Below, one piece after another: positions 37,268-45,313 of a stretch of 64,000 nucleotides of DNA. This stretch comes from Bacillota bacterium (GTDB lineage Bacteria; Bacillota; Clostridia; Christensenellales; SZUA-584), in contig JAEWTW010000057.1 in the NCBI GenBank assembly GCA_023397655.1, positions 50,842-114,841 of the forward strand, given 5' to 3'. Below the pieces are notes generated by a model. The model was not told the origin of the DNA and did no database searches. It was given only the letters and a program-made list of their open reading frames with translations. How positions within the stretch are numbered: the stretch's first letter is position 1; the number at the start of each line of letters is the position of its first letter. Position numbers and translations under genes: made by a program.

Positions 37268-38230
37268 GTGAACTCCGAAGCGGCCAGCTTTTACAAGGGG
37301 CTGGGCGACACAAAGGTCACCGGCGAACTGCACAGCGCCATGGGGGACATCTACATGAATTACTTGGATATCCCCGAAAGCGTGGTATCCAATACGGAAT
37401 TCGCGCCGATGGAGACAGCCTATCGCAACTACGAAGCGAACCCGACGATAGCCAATGCCGCAGCGTTCATCAATGAGGCGGGGAAGGTGCAGCGTATAGC
37501 GGTAGGCAATGCGGCGATGGAGGTGGATGCGGCAGGGCTGGGGACGCAGACTGAGATTGGCGTTGAGGCCACTGACATAGGAGTTAAGACAACTGATATT
37601 GGAGCCAGTGCAACGGATGTCGGGAAGAATGCAACGGACATCGGAGCGACAGCGAAGGCATATGTTGACAGTGGAAGTGGTGCGGGGGATAATGGGAGTA
37701 TACAGAAAGCTGTTGATCACCTTGAGAAATTTGCAGTTGATAATGGTGTAGGGAAATTTTCGTTAAGTACTGAACAGATACTGAAACTATCCGGTGGCAA
37801 TATAGATTTAGCTGAAAGATTGATGCTAGCGACGAAAGAGGTGTTACCAGGAAGGTCAGTCTCAGAATTAGCCCAGATGTACGATTTACCAAATAATCCT
37901 GATCCCGCTTCACTTACAACATATGAAGTACGTATCTGGTATTTATGGCAAGAGTCACAATTCAACAGCAGATTGGATTATAGCAAGCCACTTGAACAGG
38001 TTGCATATGATGCTTTTAATATGAGAAACGAGACAAGGACAAAAGCAAGGGATGTGATGATGGACAGGGCTTGGGCAGATCACTTAATGGAAGGTGAGAA
38101 AAATAAGACGTTTGAGCAAATTGTTAATTATTATAACAAGAAAAAATATACAGGGAATGAATTATGGAAAAAAATAATTGAAAGTGCAACAAGATCAAGG
38201 GATAGTGTGAATAAATTATTTGGCTTATAG
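37268..38230 (+). CDS. Orphan toxin tip, cassette 8: unassigned helical toxin domain
   Basis: Anchor C copy from 37213, then DIG repeats, then the AT-rich tip from ~37690 (TYEVRIWYLWQESQF...NMRNETRTKARDVMMDRAWADHL...SATRSRDSVNKLFGL). Confidence 0.6.
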   Translation: MNSEAASFYKGLGDTKVTGELHSAMGDIYMNYLDIPESVVSNTEFAPMETAYRNYEANPTIANAAAFINEAGKVQRIAVGNAAMEVDAAGLGTQTEIGVEATDIGVKTTDIGASATDVGKNATDIGATAKAYVDSGSGAGDNGSIQKAVDHLEKFAVDNGVGKFSLSTEQILKLSGGNIDLAERLMLATKEVLPGRSVSELAQMYDLPNNPDPASLTTYEVRIWYLWQESQFNSRLDYSKPLEQVAYDAFNMRNETRTKARDVMMDRAWADHLMEGEKNKTFEQIVNYYNKKKYTGNELWKKIIESATRSRDSVNKLFGL

Positions 38231-38240
38231 GAGGCTGTTT

Positions 38241-38549
38241 ATGGAAAAAAAATTGATTGAAGCTTTTGAACATGACTATGTAGAATACCATTTTGTTGAA
38301 TTTGATGATGGTATGGACTTTATCAGAATCACAGAGATCATAAAAGACAAAATTGGTCCGGATAAAATGGATTACCAAGGAATTGAAGATATGCATGGTT
38401 TTTTTGAGAAAGATAACCTCCATGTTGATTTAGAATACGATGGAATGATCGGTAATTGGATGGAGTTTAAAGGCGAACAATCGGAAAGAAATTTGGAAAA
38501 AGTAAGAGAATGGGCAAAAATAGTATTTGAAAACTTGATGGAAGTATAG
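38241..38549 (+). CDS. Putative immunity protein (cassette 8)
   Basis: ATG 38241 follows AGGAGG. 102 aa, acidic and AT-rich. Confidence 0.6.
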   Translation: MEKKLIEAFEHDYVEYHFVEFDDGMDFIRITEIIKDKIGPDKMDYQGIEDMHGFFEKDNLHVDLEYDGMIGNWMEFKGEQSERNLEKVREWAKIVFENLMEV

Positions 38550-38590
38550 AACTTAATTAGTTCCTTTCTGCCGTAAAATGGCTTTTATAT

Positions 38591-40257
38591 ATGTTGTTTT
38601 CGCCGGGTTTTTCCCCGGCTTTTCTTTTACCAGAAACGCCAACGACAATACCTATATTGATCCCGCAAACCGGCAAGCCCATTGACATCCCCAACGGTAA
38701 AACGCTGGCGGACATCGACCCCGAAGCAGCCAGCTTTTACAAAGGCTTGGGCGAAACGCAAATGGATGGCGAACTGCACAATGCCATGGGGGACATATAT
38801 TTGAGTTATATGAACATTCCCGAAAGAGTGGTGTCCAACACGGAATTCGCACCGATGGAGACAGCCTACCGCAACTACGAAGCGAACCCGACGGTATCGA
38901 ACGCGGCGGCGTTCATCAATGAGGCGGGGAAGGTGCAGCGTATAGCGGTAGGCAATGGGTATAGTGTAGACAGCCCGTATACGAGGGTAAACGCGGCGGT
39001 AGAGGCGGATGCGGCAGGACTGGGAGTGAAGACTGAGATTGGCGTTGGGGCCACTGACATAGGAGCAACAGCAACAGATATTGGAGCCAGTGCAACGGAT
39101 GTCGGGAAGAATGCAACGGACATCGGAGCGACAGCGAAGGCATACGGCGTATGCAATGGTTACAGGCTTCTTTACAAGTCTTATCATGGAGGCTGGACCC
39201 ACTGTCCGAAGCGAGATCAGCAATGCCAAGGCAGGCCGCGGCGTCATCGAGTCCGGAAAATATCAGGAGCTGATGGACAACGCACTGATGCTGGACCCGA
39301 AGACAGAGGCGTATCGGACAGCAAAAGGCATACAGGACGGCAGCATCCACGCAAACGATTACAACGTGGGCGCGCTGCTGCGGGCATACGTGGACGTCAC
39401 AGGAGAGGCGGCGTTCATGCGCGATATGTCACAGATCATGAAGACGCCTGTCAGCACGGCGGAGCGGTTTGTTGATATGTTATCCCGTCTGAACCAGAAC
39501 GCCAAGGCATCCCCCGCGGTAACCGATGCTATCAGCAACTATATCACAACGATGCAGGACCTGGGCGACGCCATACCGGCCAATGTGCAGGACGCCGTTA
39601 TGGAGGCATACCGCACATTCGAGGCCGACGGCACAAACAACAACGCGTTGACAGTGATTCAGACAGCGCTGCAAAGCATCGACAGCGCCATCATGCAGGG
39701 ATTACAATCCGGCACTGATGTGACGGGGCTGCTGACCCTGCGCAGCCAGATGGAAAGCGGTCTGAGCGGGAGCATACAAAAAGGCATCTTTGCTTCCAAG
39801 GCGGTCAACACCAAAGTCATGGCGGACGCGGTGACGACGCTGCTGAAGCTGCCCGCGGATGTGCAAGCAGCGATAGACATTGATGCGCTGTCACAGGCGT
39901 ACTACGACTACCTGACGGCGGGTAAGAAGGGCAAGACGGAGGCGGAGGCCAAAGCGGTGGATGCACTGTTCACCAAGAAAAGGTGAACCAGGCCAATTAT
40001 TGATAGATCCTGATGCTTCCTTTAGCGCTTTACAGCACGAATTAAGCCATTTTATTCAGGCTCAAAGACAGGGCTTTCCTTCGGCAGTTGAGAAATATGA
40101 GGATTGGAATGGTAGAATTGCTGATGAGTATAAGGCTTACAGTATAGAAATCTCAGAGGCTAAAGAATTGGGATTAGAAAATGTAGTAAAGCAATTACAA
40201 AAAAACTTTGAAGCCGAGAAACAATATATTATTGAACGTTATGGACCAATAAACTAA
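38591..40257 (+). pseudogene. Chimeric orphan, cassette 9: anchor C + DIG repeats | GC-rich fragment of another cargo | anchor E | HExxH metallopeptidase-like tip; three reading frames
   Basis: ORFs 38591-39475, 39081-39986 and 39961-40257 carry the meaningful sequence in successive frames. The breaks are at ~39146 (a sequence junction after TAKAY) and at the A4 run 39978-39981. The tip is GEPGQLLIDPDASFSALQHELSHFIQ. Confidence 0.6.
38602..38628 (+). terminator. Cassette-boundary hairpin terminator (after cassette 8)
   Basis: GCCGGG-TTTTT-CCCCGGC followed by TTTTCTTTT. Confidence 0.7.
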
Positions 40258-40278
40258 CAATAGAAAGGAGAGCTACCT

Positions 40279-40632
40279 ATGTCAATGTCTGAAATGTATC
40301 AAAAGCTTAAGAACAATACAATAAATAATGATGAGCTTATTACTTGTCTTAAATCCGAAAACTATAGAATAGTAGCAATATCGATATCAAGATTAATCGA
40401 AAGGAATATAAGTAATCAAGATGCAGTTAGTAGACTCGAGAAATTAAGCAATCTTCTATCAAACAGTAAATTTGTCGGGCCATGGCAAATGGGGCATTTT
40501 GCTATAGCTGCCTTACTGTTACTAAAAAACAATAACGTAGAAAATAGAGCAAAAGAATTATATGATAAACTTAGCGAAAAAGATAAGTTTTTAGTTGATA
40601 ATTTTATTAAGGCAGAAGCCTACAAACTCTAA
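40279..40632 (+). CDS. Putative immunity protein (cassette 9)
   Basis: RBS AAAGGAGAG. 117 aa, AT-rich and helical. Confidence 0.6.
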   Translation: MSMSEMYQKLKNNTINNDELITCLKSENYRIVAISISRLIERNISNQDAVSRLEKLSNLLSNSKFVGPWQMGHFAIAALLLLKNNNVENRAKELYDKLSEKDKFLVDNFIKAEAYKL

Positions 40633-40651
40633 CGTATTAACTATTTCTATG

Positions 40652-40680
40652 CCGGGCTTTGCCCCGGCTCTTTCTTTTCT
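40652..40680 (+). terminator. Cassette-boundary hairpin terminator (after cassette 9)
   Basis: GCCGGGC-TTT-GCCCCGGC followed by TCTTTCTTTTC. Confidence 0.7.
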
Positions 40681-40732
40681 GTCACGGAACTAATACCATG
40701 ATCTCAACAAGAAGAACAGCGTCTTCGACCAG

Positions 40733-41641
40733 ATGTATAAGCTGTATACTAAGCGGCTGGTGGGCAAGGACGCATTCAAGGCGATGACGGGCATTGAGGT
40801 AAAGGCTATGCCGAAGCCGCATAGGAATGTGCGTAAGCCAAATATGATTGCAGTCAGCAAGGATTGGAAAGGGACGCCTCCAAAAGGCTATAAGATGCGC
40901 GGCAGCTACGACAAGAACACCAAAGCGATGGCCGACGCCGTGACGACGCTGCTGAAACTGCCCGCGGATGTACAGGCGGCGATAGACATTGATGCGCTCT
41001 CACAATCGTACTACGACTTCCTGACGGCGGGCAAAAAGGGCAAGACGGCAGCGCAGGCCAAAGCGGTAGAGATGCTGTTCACAAGTGTGGAAGCGGCGAT
41101 AGCGTCGGGCAAGCTGGATGCGGCGTCGGTGCAGCAGTTACAAGGGTTGTTGGCGGAGATTGACAGCAAGAAGAGCGTGGGGGATAATGTAAGTGAATTT
41201 GAAGTGAGTGCTGCTAAGTACGCAGGTGGTCGTATAAGAATAGACACCAGAAAATTTACGACCGAAGAGTATTCAGAGTATGAAGAAATAGGGGATCAAA
41301 TGTATGACAATATCAGAGATACGCGAGATGATGTTGATAAAATAGCGAAAAACACCGGATGGGACAGAGTTAAAATTCAAGCAATCAAAAGTCATTTGTT
41401 TTTTGAAAAGCATTTGTTCGACGATGGAGAAATAAGGCTATTTGATTCGGACTATTGGCAAGCTGAAGCTTGGATAAGGATGACGGTAGGTAATATGACA
41501 GAGTTAGACGAAGTGCTCTTAAAACACGAATTCTTTGAATTGGAATATATTAGAGAGCATAAATGCACCTATGAAGAAGCCCATAAGAGGCAACAAAGCT
41601 ATATGACTGGTATGGACAAATGTTCATTGGGTAGGTCTTAG
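40733..41641 (+). CDS. Orphan short alternative toxin body, cassette 10: anchor A + anchor E + unassigned tip
   Basis: It starts inside an anchor A copy (40697-40819) and shares KAMADAVTTLLKLPADVQAAIDIDALSQ.YYD.LTAGKKGKT with cassette 9 (40919-41085 versus 39811-39975). The AT-rich tip begins at ~41200 (IKSHLFFEKHLFDDGEIRLFDSDYWQAEAWIRM...LLKHEFFELEYIREH). Confidence 0.6.
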   Translation: MYKLYTKRLVGKDAFKAMTGIEVKAMPKPHRNVRKPNMIAVSKDWKGTPPKGYKMRGSYDKNTKAMADAVTTLLKLPADVQAAIDIDALSQSYYDFLTAGKKGKTAAQAKAVEMLFTSVEAAIASGKLDAASVQQLQGLLAEIDSKKSVGDNVSEFEVSAAKYAGGRIRIDTRKFTTEEYSEYEEIGDQMYDNIRDTRDDVDKIAKNTGWDRVKIQAIKSHLFFEKHLFDDGEIRLFDSDYWQAEAWIRMTVGNMTELDEVLLKHEFFELEYIREHKCTYEEAHKRQQSYMTGMDKCSLGRS

Positions 41642-41654
41642 AAAGGAGTAAAAT

Positions 41655-41900
41655 ATGTCACTATATGTAATTATTGAAAAGGTATATGAGAATGAAAAGC
41701 AAGTTGTTTATAATTTTGGGCCTAGCCCGAACTCTTTTGAAAAGTTAGTGATCAACAAAGAGACTGGGGAGATAAATAGACTCGAAACATCAGTAAACAA
41801 TCCGAACTATTATTATCTTAAAGCAGTAGCCAAATTGAATAGGCACATAAAGAGTAATCCTTCAGACCAATATCCAGACAAATTAATATATGCATCATAA
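41655..41900 (+). CDS. Putative immunity protein (cassette 10)
   Basis: RBS AAAGGAG. 81 aa and AT-rich. Confidence 0.55.
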   Translation: MSLYVIIEKVYENEKQVVYNFGPSPNSFEKLVINKETGEINRLETSVNNPNYYYLKAVAKLNRHIKSNPSDQYPDKLIYAS

Positions 41901-41911
41901 TTTTTCGGTTC

Positions 41912-41938
41912 GCCGGGCTTGCCCGGCTTTTTCTTTTC
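41912..41938 (+). terminator. Cassette-boundary hairpin terminator (after cassette 10)
   Basis: GCCGGGC-TT-GCCCGGC followed by TTTTTCTTTTC. Confidence 0.7.
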
Positions 41939-41947
41939 TATCGCGGG

Positions 41948-42096
41948 GAACTGGGCCTCAAAAAGCAGTATCACGAGTTGAACAAAAAGAACAGCGTGTT
42001 CGACCAGATGTATAAGCTTTACACCAAGCGGCTGGTGGGCAAGGACGCGTTCAAGGCAATGACGGGCATCGAGGTGAAGGCGATGCCGAAGCCGCA
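41948..42096 (+). pseudogene. Terminal anchor-A remnant with no toxin tip (right edge of the island)
   Basis: It codes ELGLKKQYHELNKKNSVFDQMYKLYTKRLVGKDAFKAMTGIEVKAMPKPH, then runs into unrelated sequence just upstream of the GH3 gene. Confidence 0.7.
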
Positions 42097-42201
42097 TAAT
42101 AAGTGCGCTTTCCGTCTGGCACAGCTGTCTGTTCTGATGTATAATATGCCCATCCCATATACAACCGAAACCATACACCCATTCCCAAAGGAGCAAACCG
42201 C

Positions 42202-44613
42202 ATGAACAAGGCCAAAGATATCGTGAGCCGCATGACCAACGGGGAAAAAGCACTGCTGCTGTCCGGGCGTGACTTCTGGCATTTGGAGGGCGTGGAGCGC
42301 TTCGGCCTGCCGTCCGTGATGGTGTGCGACGGGCCGCACGGCCTGCGCAAGCAGACGGATAAGGGAAGCCATCTGGGGCAGGGCGGCAGCGTGCCCGCCG
42401 TGTGTTATCCCGCGGCGTGTGCCACGGCCTGCTCATTTGATGAATCGCTGCTGCGCGAGATGGGCGCGGCGCTGGGGGACGAGTGTCAGTCGGAGGACAT
42501 CGCGGTGCTGCTGGGACCGGGCACGAACCACAAGCGCAGCCCCTTGTGCGGGCGCAGCTTCGAATACTTCTCGGAGGACCCTTGTCTCTCTGGCGCAATG
42601 GCGGCGGCGTGGGTGGAGGGTATCCAGAGCCGGGGCGTGGGCGCAAGCCTCAAGCACTTTGCGGCCAACAGCCAGGAAACCGGAAGGCTGATCAACGACA
42701 GCGTCGCGGACGAACGCGCGCTGCGGGAGATATACCTCAAGGCCTTCGAAACAGCCATCAAAAAAAGCCAGCCGTGGACGGTGATGACGGCATACAACAT
42801 GATCAACGGCACATACTGCTCCGAAAACAGCTGGCTGCTGCAGGACATGGCGCGCGGCGAATGGGGCTTTCACGGTGTGTTCATGACAGACTGGGGCGCG
42901 CTGAACAATGTGGCGGAGTCGTACCGCAGCGGGCTGGATCTGGAGATGCCGGGCGTGTCCAAGGGCACCGATGCCATCGTGCTGGATGCGGTGGACAAGG
43001 GGCTCATCCCGCAGCAGACGCTGGACGCCTGCGCCGAGCGTCTGGTGTCGCTGATACTGAAGAGCACCGAGCAGAAGCGTCAGGCTCAGGTGGATACCGT
43101 GGCGCATCTCATTCTCGCGCAGCGCATTGCGGAGCAGTCTGCCGTGCTGCTGAAGAACGACGACTGCCTGTTGCCGTATGCAGGCGGCGGGCGTTTCGCC
43201 GTGGTGGGCAGCATGGCCAAACACCCGCGCTATCAGGGCGCGGGCAGCAGCAAGATCAACCCTGTGGCGCTGGACAACGCGCACGATGCGCTGCGGTCGC
43301 TGGGGCTGCGCTTCGACTTCGCGGATGGCTACGCCCCCGAAGCCGTTGAACCGGACGAGGCCATGATACACAAAGCGGTAACCGCGGCGGCGGGCAAGGA
43401 CGCCGTGTTCGTGTTCACGGGGCTGCCGGACAGCTATGAGTCCGAGGGCTTCGACCGCACCTCGCTGGATCTGCCGCCTGCTCACAACCGGCTGATCGAG
43501 GCGGTGGCGGACGTGAACGACAACGTAGTGGTGGTGCTGCACTGCGGCGGCGCGGTCACGATGCCGTGGCTGCCGCGCGTGAAGGCGGTGCTGCTGATGT
43601 ACCTCAGCGGCTGCCAGGGCGGCAAGGCGGCGGCGAACCTGCTGCTGGGCTGTGCGAACCCGTGCGGCAAGCTGGCCGAAACGTTTCCGCTGCGGTTGGC
43701 CGATACGCCATGTTACAACCACTATGCCAACGACAAATACACGACGCAGTACAGGGAGAGCATCTTCACCGGCTACCGATATTACGACGCCGCGGGCAGG
43801 GACGTGCTGTTCCCGTTCGGCCACGGCTTAAGCTACACCACGTTTGAGTACGCCACCATCGAGCTGAGCAGCGGCAGCATCCGTGAGGGCGAGCCGCTGA
43901 TCGTCACATTCACGGTGCGCAACACCGGTTTCGCGGCGGGCAAAGAGATCGCGCAGCTGTATGTGGCGCACCAGAACCCGTCCGTGTTCAAAGCGCCCAA
44001 GGAGCTGAAAAGCTTTGCCAAGGTAGCGCTGGAGCCGGGGGAGGAGAAAACAGTGACGCTCACGCTGGAACGCGATGCGTTCAGCTGGTACAACACCGCT
44101 GAAAAACGCTGGTGCGTGGATGCGGGGGAATACGAGATACTCGTCGGCGCGTCCAGCCGGGACATCCGTCTGAACGCTCCCCTACATATCGAAGCCGCGC
44201 CGTGCGCCGTGCCGGATTACCGCGAAACTGCGCCGTCCTACTACAGCCTGCCGCACATGGACGGAACGCTGGACATCCCCGAATCGGATTTTCTCGCGCT
44301 GCTGGGCACACCTGTCCGCCAGCCCCGCAAAGGCCGCCCGTTCCATCTCAACACGCCGGTGTTTGAGCTGCGTGAAACGCTGTTGGGGCGTGTGTTCGTA
44401 TTCTTCGCCAAACGCATGGCGATCAAGTCCATGCAGGCCAACGAAGGCGAAGACGTGGAACGCATGGTGAACGCCACGGTGATGGATATGCCGCTGCGTT
44501 CGCTGGGCATGTCGGGCGACTTCGACAAGCCCGCCATCGACGGCATGGCGGAGATATTCAACGGCCATTTGATACGGGGACTGAAGCGGATTTTGAAGAA
44601 GCGGCGGTATTGA
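42202..44613 (+). CDS. Glycoside hydrolase family 3 beta-glucosidase
   Basis: 803 aa. KHFAANSQE, FMTDWGA, and a C-terminal fibronectin-like domain. RBS AAAGGAG. Confidence 0.9.
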   Translation: MNKAKDIVSRMTNGEKALLLSGRDFWHLEGVERFGLPSVMVCDGPHGLRKQTDKGSHLGQGGSVPAVCYPAACATACSFDESLLREMGAALGDECQSEDIAVLLGPGTNHKRSPLCGRSFEYFSEDPCLSGAMAAAWVEGIQSRGVGASLKHFAANSQETGRLINDSVADERALREIYLKAFETAIKKSQPWTVMTAYNMINGTYCSENSWLLQDMARGEWGFHGVFMTDWGALNNVAESYRSGLDLEMPGVSKGTDAIVLDAVDKGLIPQQTLDACAERLVSLILKSTEQKRQAQVDTVAHLILAQRIAEQSAVLLKNDDCLLPYAGGGRFAVVGSMAKHPRYQGAGSSKINPVALDNAHDALRSLGLRFDFADGYAPEAVEPDEAMIHKAVTAAAGKDAVFVFTGLPDSYESEGFDRTSLDLPPAHNRLIEAVADVNDNVVVVLHCGGAVTMPWLPRVKAVLLMYLSGCQGGKAAANLLLGCANPCGKLAETFPLRLADTPCYNHYANDKYTTQYRESIFTGYRYYDAAGRDVLFPFGHGLSYTTFEYATIELSSGSIREGEPLIVTFTVRNTGFAAGKEIAQLYVAHQNPSVFKAPKELKSFAKVALEPGEEKTVTLTLERDAFSWYNTAEKRWCVDAGEYEILVGASSRDIRLNAPLHIEAAPCAVPDYRETAPSYYSLPHMDGTLDIPESDFLALLGTPVRQPRKGRPFHLNTPVFELRETLLGRVFVFFAKRMAIKSMQANEGEDVERMVNATVMDMPLRSLGMSGDFDKPAIDGMAEIFNGHLIRGLKRILKKRRY

Positions 44614-44642
44614 TTTATATCAGATGTTATTGAGGTAGCAAT

Positions 44643-44996
44643 ATGGAATTGGAATTCAATCGTGATAGTATTGAAGTGAATTGGATATATGATTATAAAC
44701 TAATAAAAGTGCAAAAATTCAATATTCTCGACGCTGTAGTTCAACAAGAATCAATCTTGGTGATATATGAAGATCAAGAATTCGGATATCCACACCTTGC
44801 TTGCTATAACCTAAATGGTAGTCTTAGATTTGAAATCCAATCTACAGATAGCTTTGGAATTTTACGCTTTACTTCTCAACATGGCATCGATATCCCTGTA
44901 GTGGGCTGGATAAAGGAAAATGGAGAGTACAATGATTATTACTTCTCTGTCAATATAAAGAGTGGTAGTTTAAAGAAATACGGAAGAGCATATTAA
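44643..44996 (+). CDS. Hypothetical protein, AT-rich islet
   Basis: 117-aa ORF with RBS GAGGT. No motif recognised. Confidence 0.45.
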   Translation: MELEFNRDSIEVNWIYDYKLIKVQKFNILDAVVQQESILVIYEDQEFGYPHLACYNLNGSLRFEIQSTDSFGILRFTSQHGIDIPVVGWIKENGEYNDYYFSVNIKSGSLKKYGRAY

Positions 44997-45037
44997 TTAG
45001 ACGCAAATAGCAAGTGAATTTTTAAAAGGGGTCTTTT

Positions 45038-45184
45038 ATGCGTAAATTTGAGTATAAGATTGTGCGTATCAGCGGTACAGGTGACAAGGCCATAAGTGTG
45101 CTGAATGATCTGGGTCGGCAGGGATGGGAGCTGGTTCAGGTCGTCTGGGGATCGTGGCATTATTTTAAGAGGCAGATGGATTAA
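45038..45184 (+). CDS. DUF4177-like small protein (48 aa)
   Basis: Not in the ORF track because it is under 60 aa. MRKFEYKIVRISGTGDKAISVLNDLGRQGWELVQVVWGSWHYFKRQMD matches the DUF4177 pattern (EYK.V...LN..G..GWELV). Confidence 0.5.
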   Translation: MRKFEYKIVRISGTGDKAISVLNDLGRQGWELVQVVWGSWHYFKRQMD

Positions 45185-45313
45185 GGTGTAAAAGAAAAGG
45201 CCGGCGCAACTGCACCGCACCGGCTGTGAGAATTGGGAGATGGTCCTGAGCATGGGGAAGCCGTTTGCGGCAGCCGCACTTGTTTACAGCCTTCCCAAAA
45301 CACTGGACAATAT

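Noticed and set aside
28300-42100. Periodic repeat-plus-unique pattern that superficially resembles a CRISPR or other spacer array
   Set aside because: The repeats are 60-450-bp coding-sequence copies of the toxin gene with variable 0.8-1.7-kb spacing. The unique parts are protein-coding toxin/immunity pairs, and there are no cas genes or short palindromic repeats.
42130-42150. TGTATAAT-like -10 element upstream of the GH3 gene
   Set aside because: It has no convincing -35 and non-canonical extended -10 spacing, which is too weak to list as a promoter.
42433-43824. Long antisense ORFs opposite real genes (42433-43824, 52323-53246, 20502-21716, 22378-23310, 15568-16233, 49736-50674, 56370-57419, 41813-42646, 63184-63921)
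   Set aside because: They are Arg/Ala/Pro/His-rich translations typical of the reverse strand of GC-rich genes. They have no motifs or RBS, and each is fully covered by a well-supported gene on the other strand.
44993-45253. 86-aa minus-strand ORF
   Set aside because: The plus strand here encodes a 48-aa DUF4177-like protein (45038-45184) with a recognisable motif. The minus ORF has no RBS or motif.
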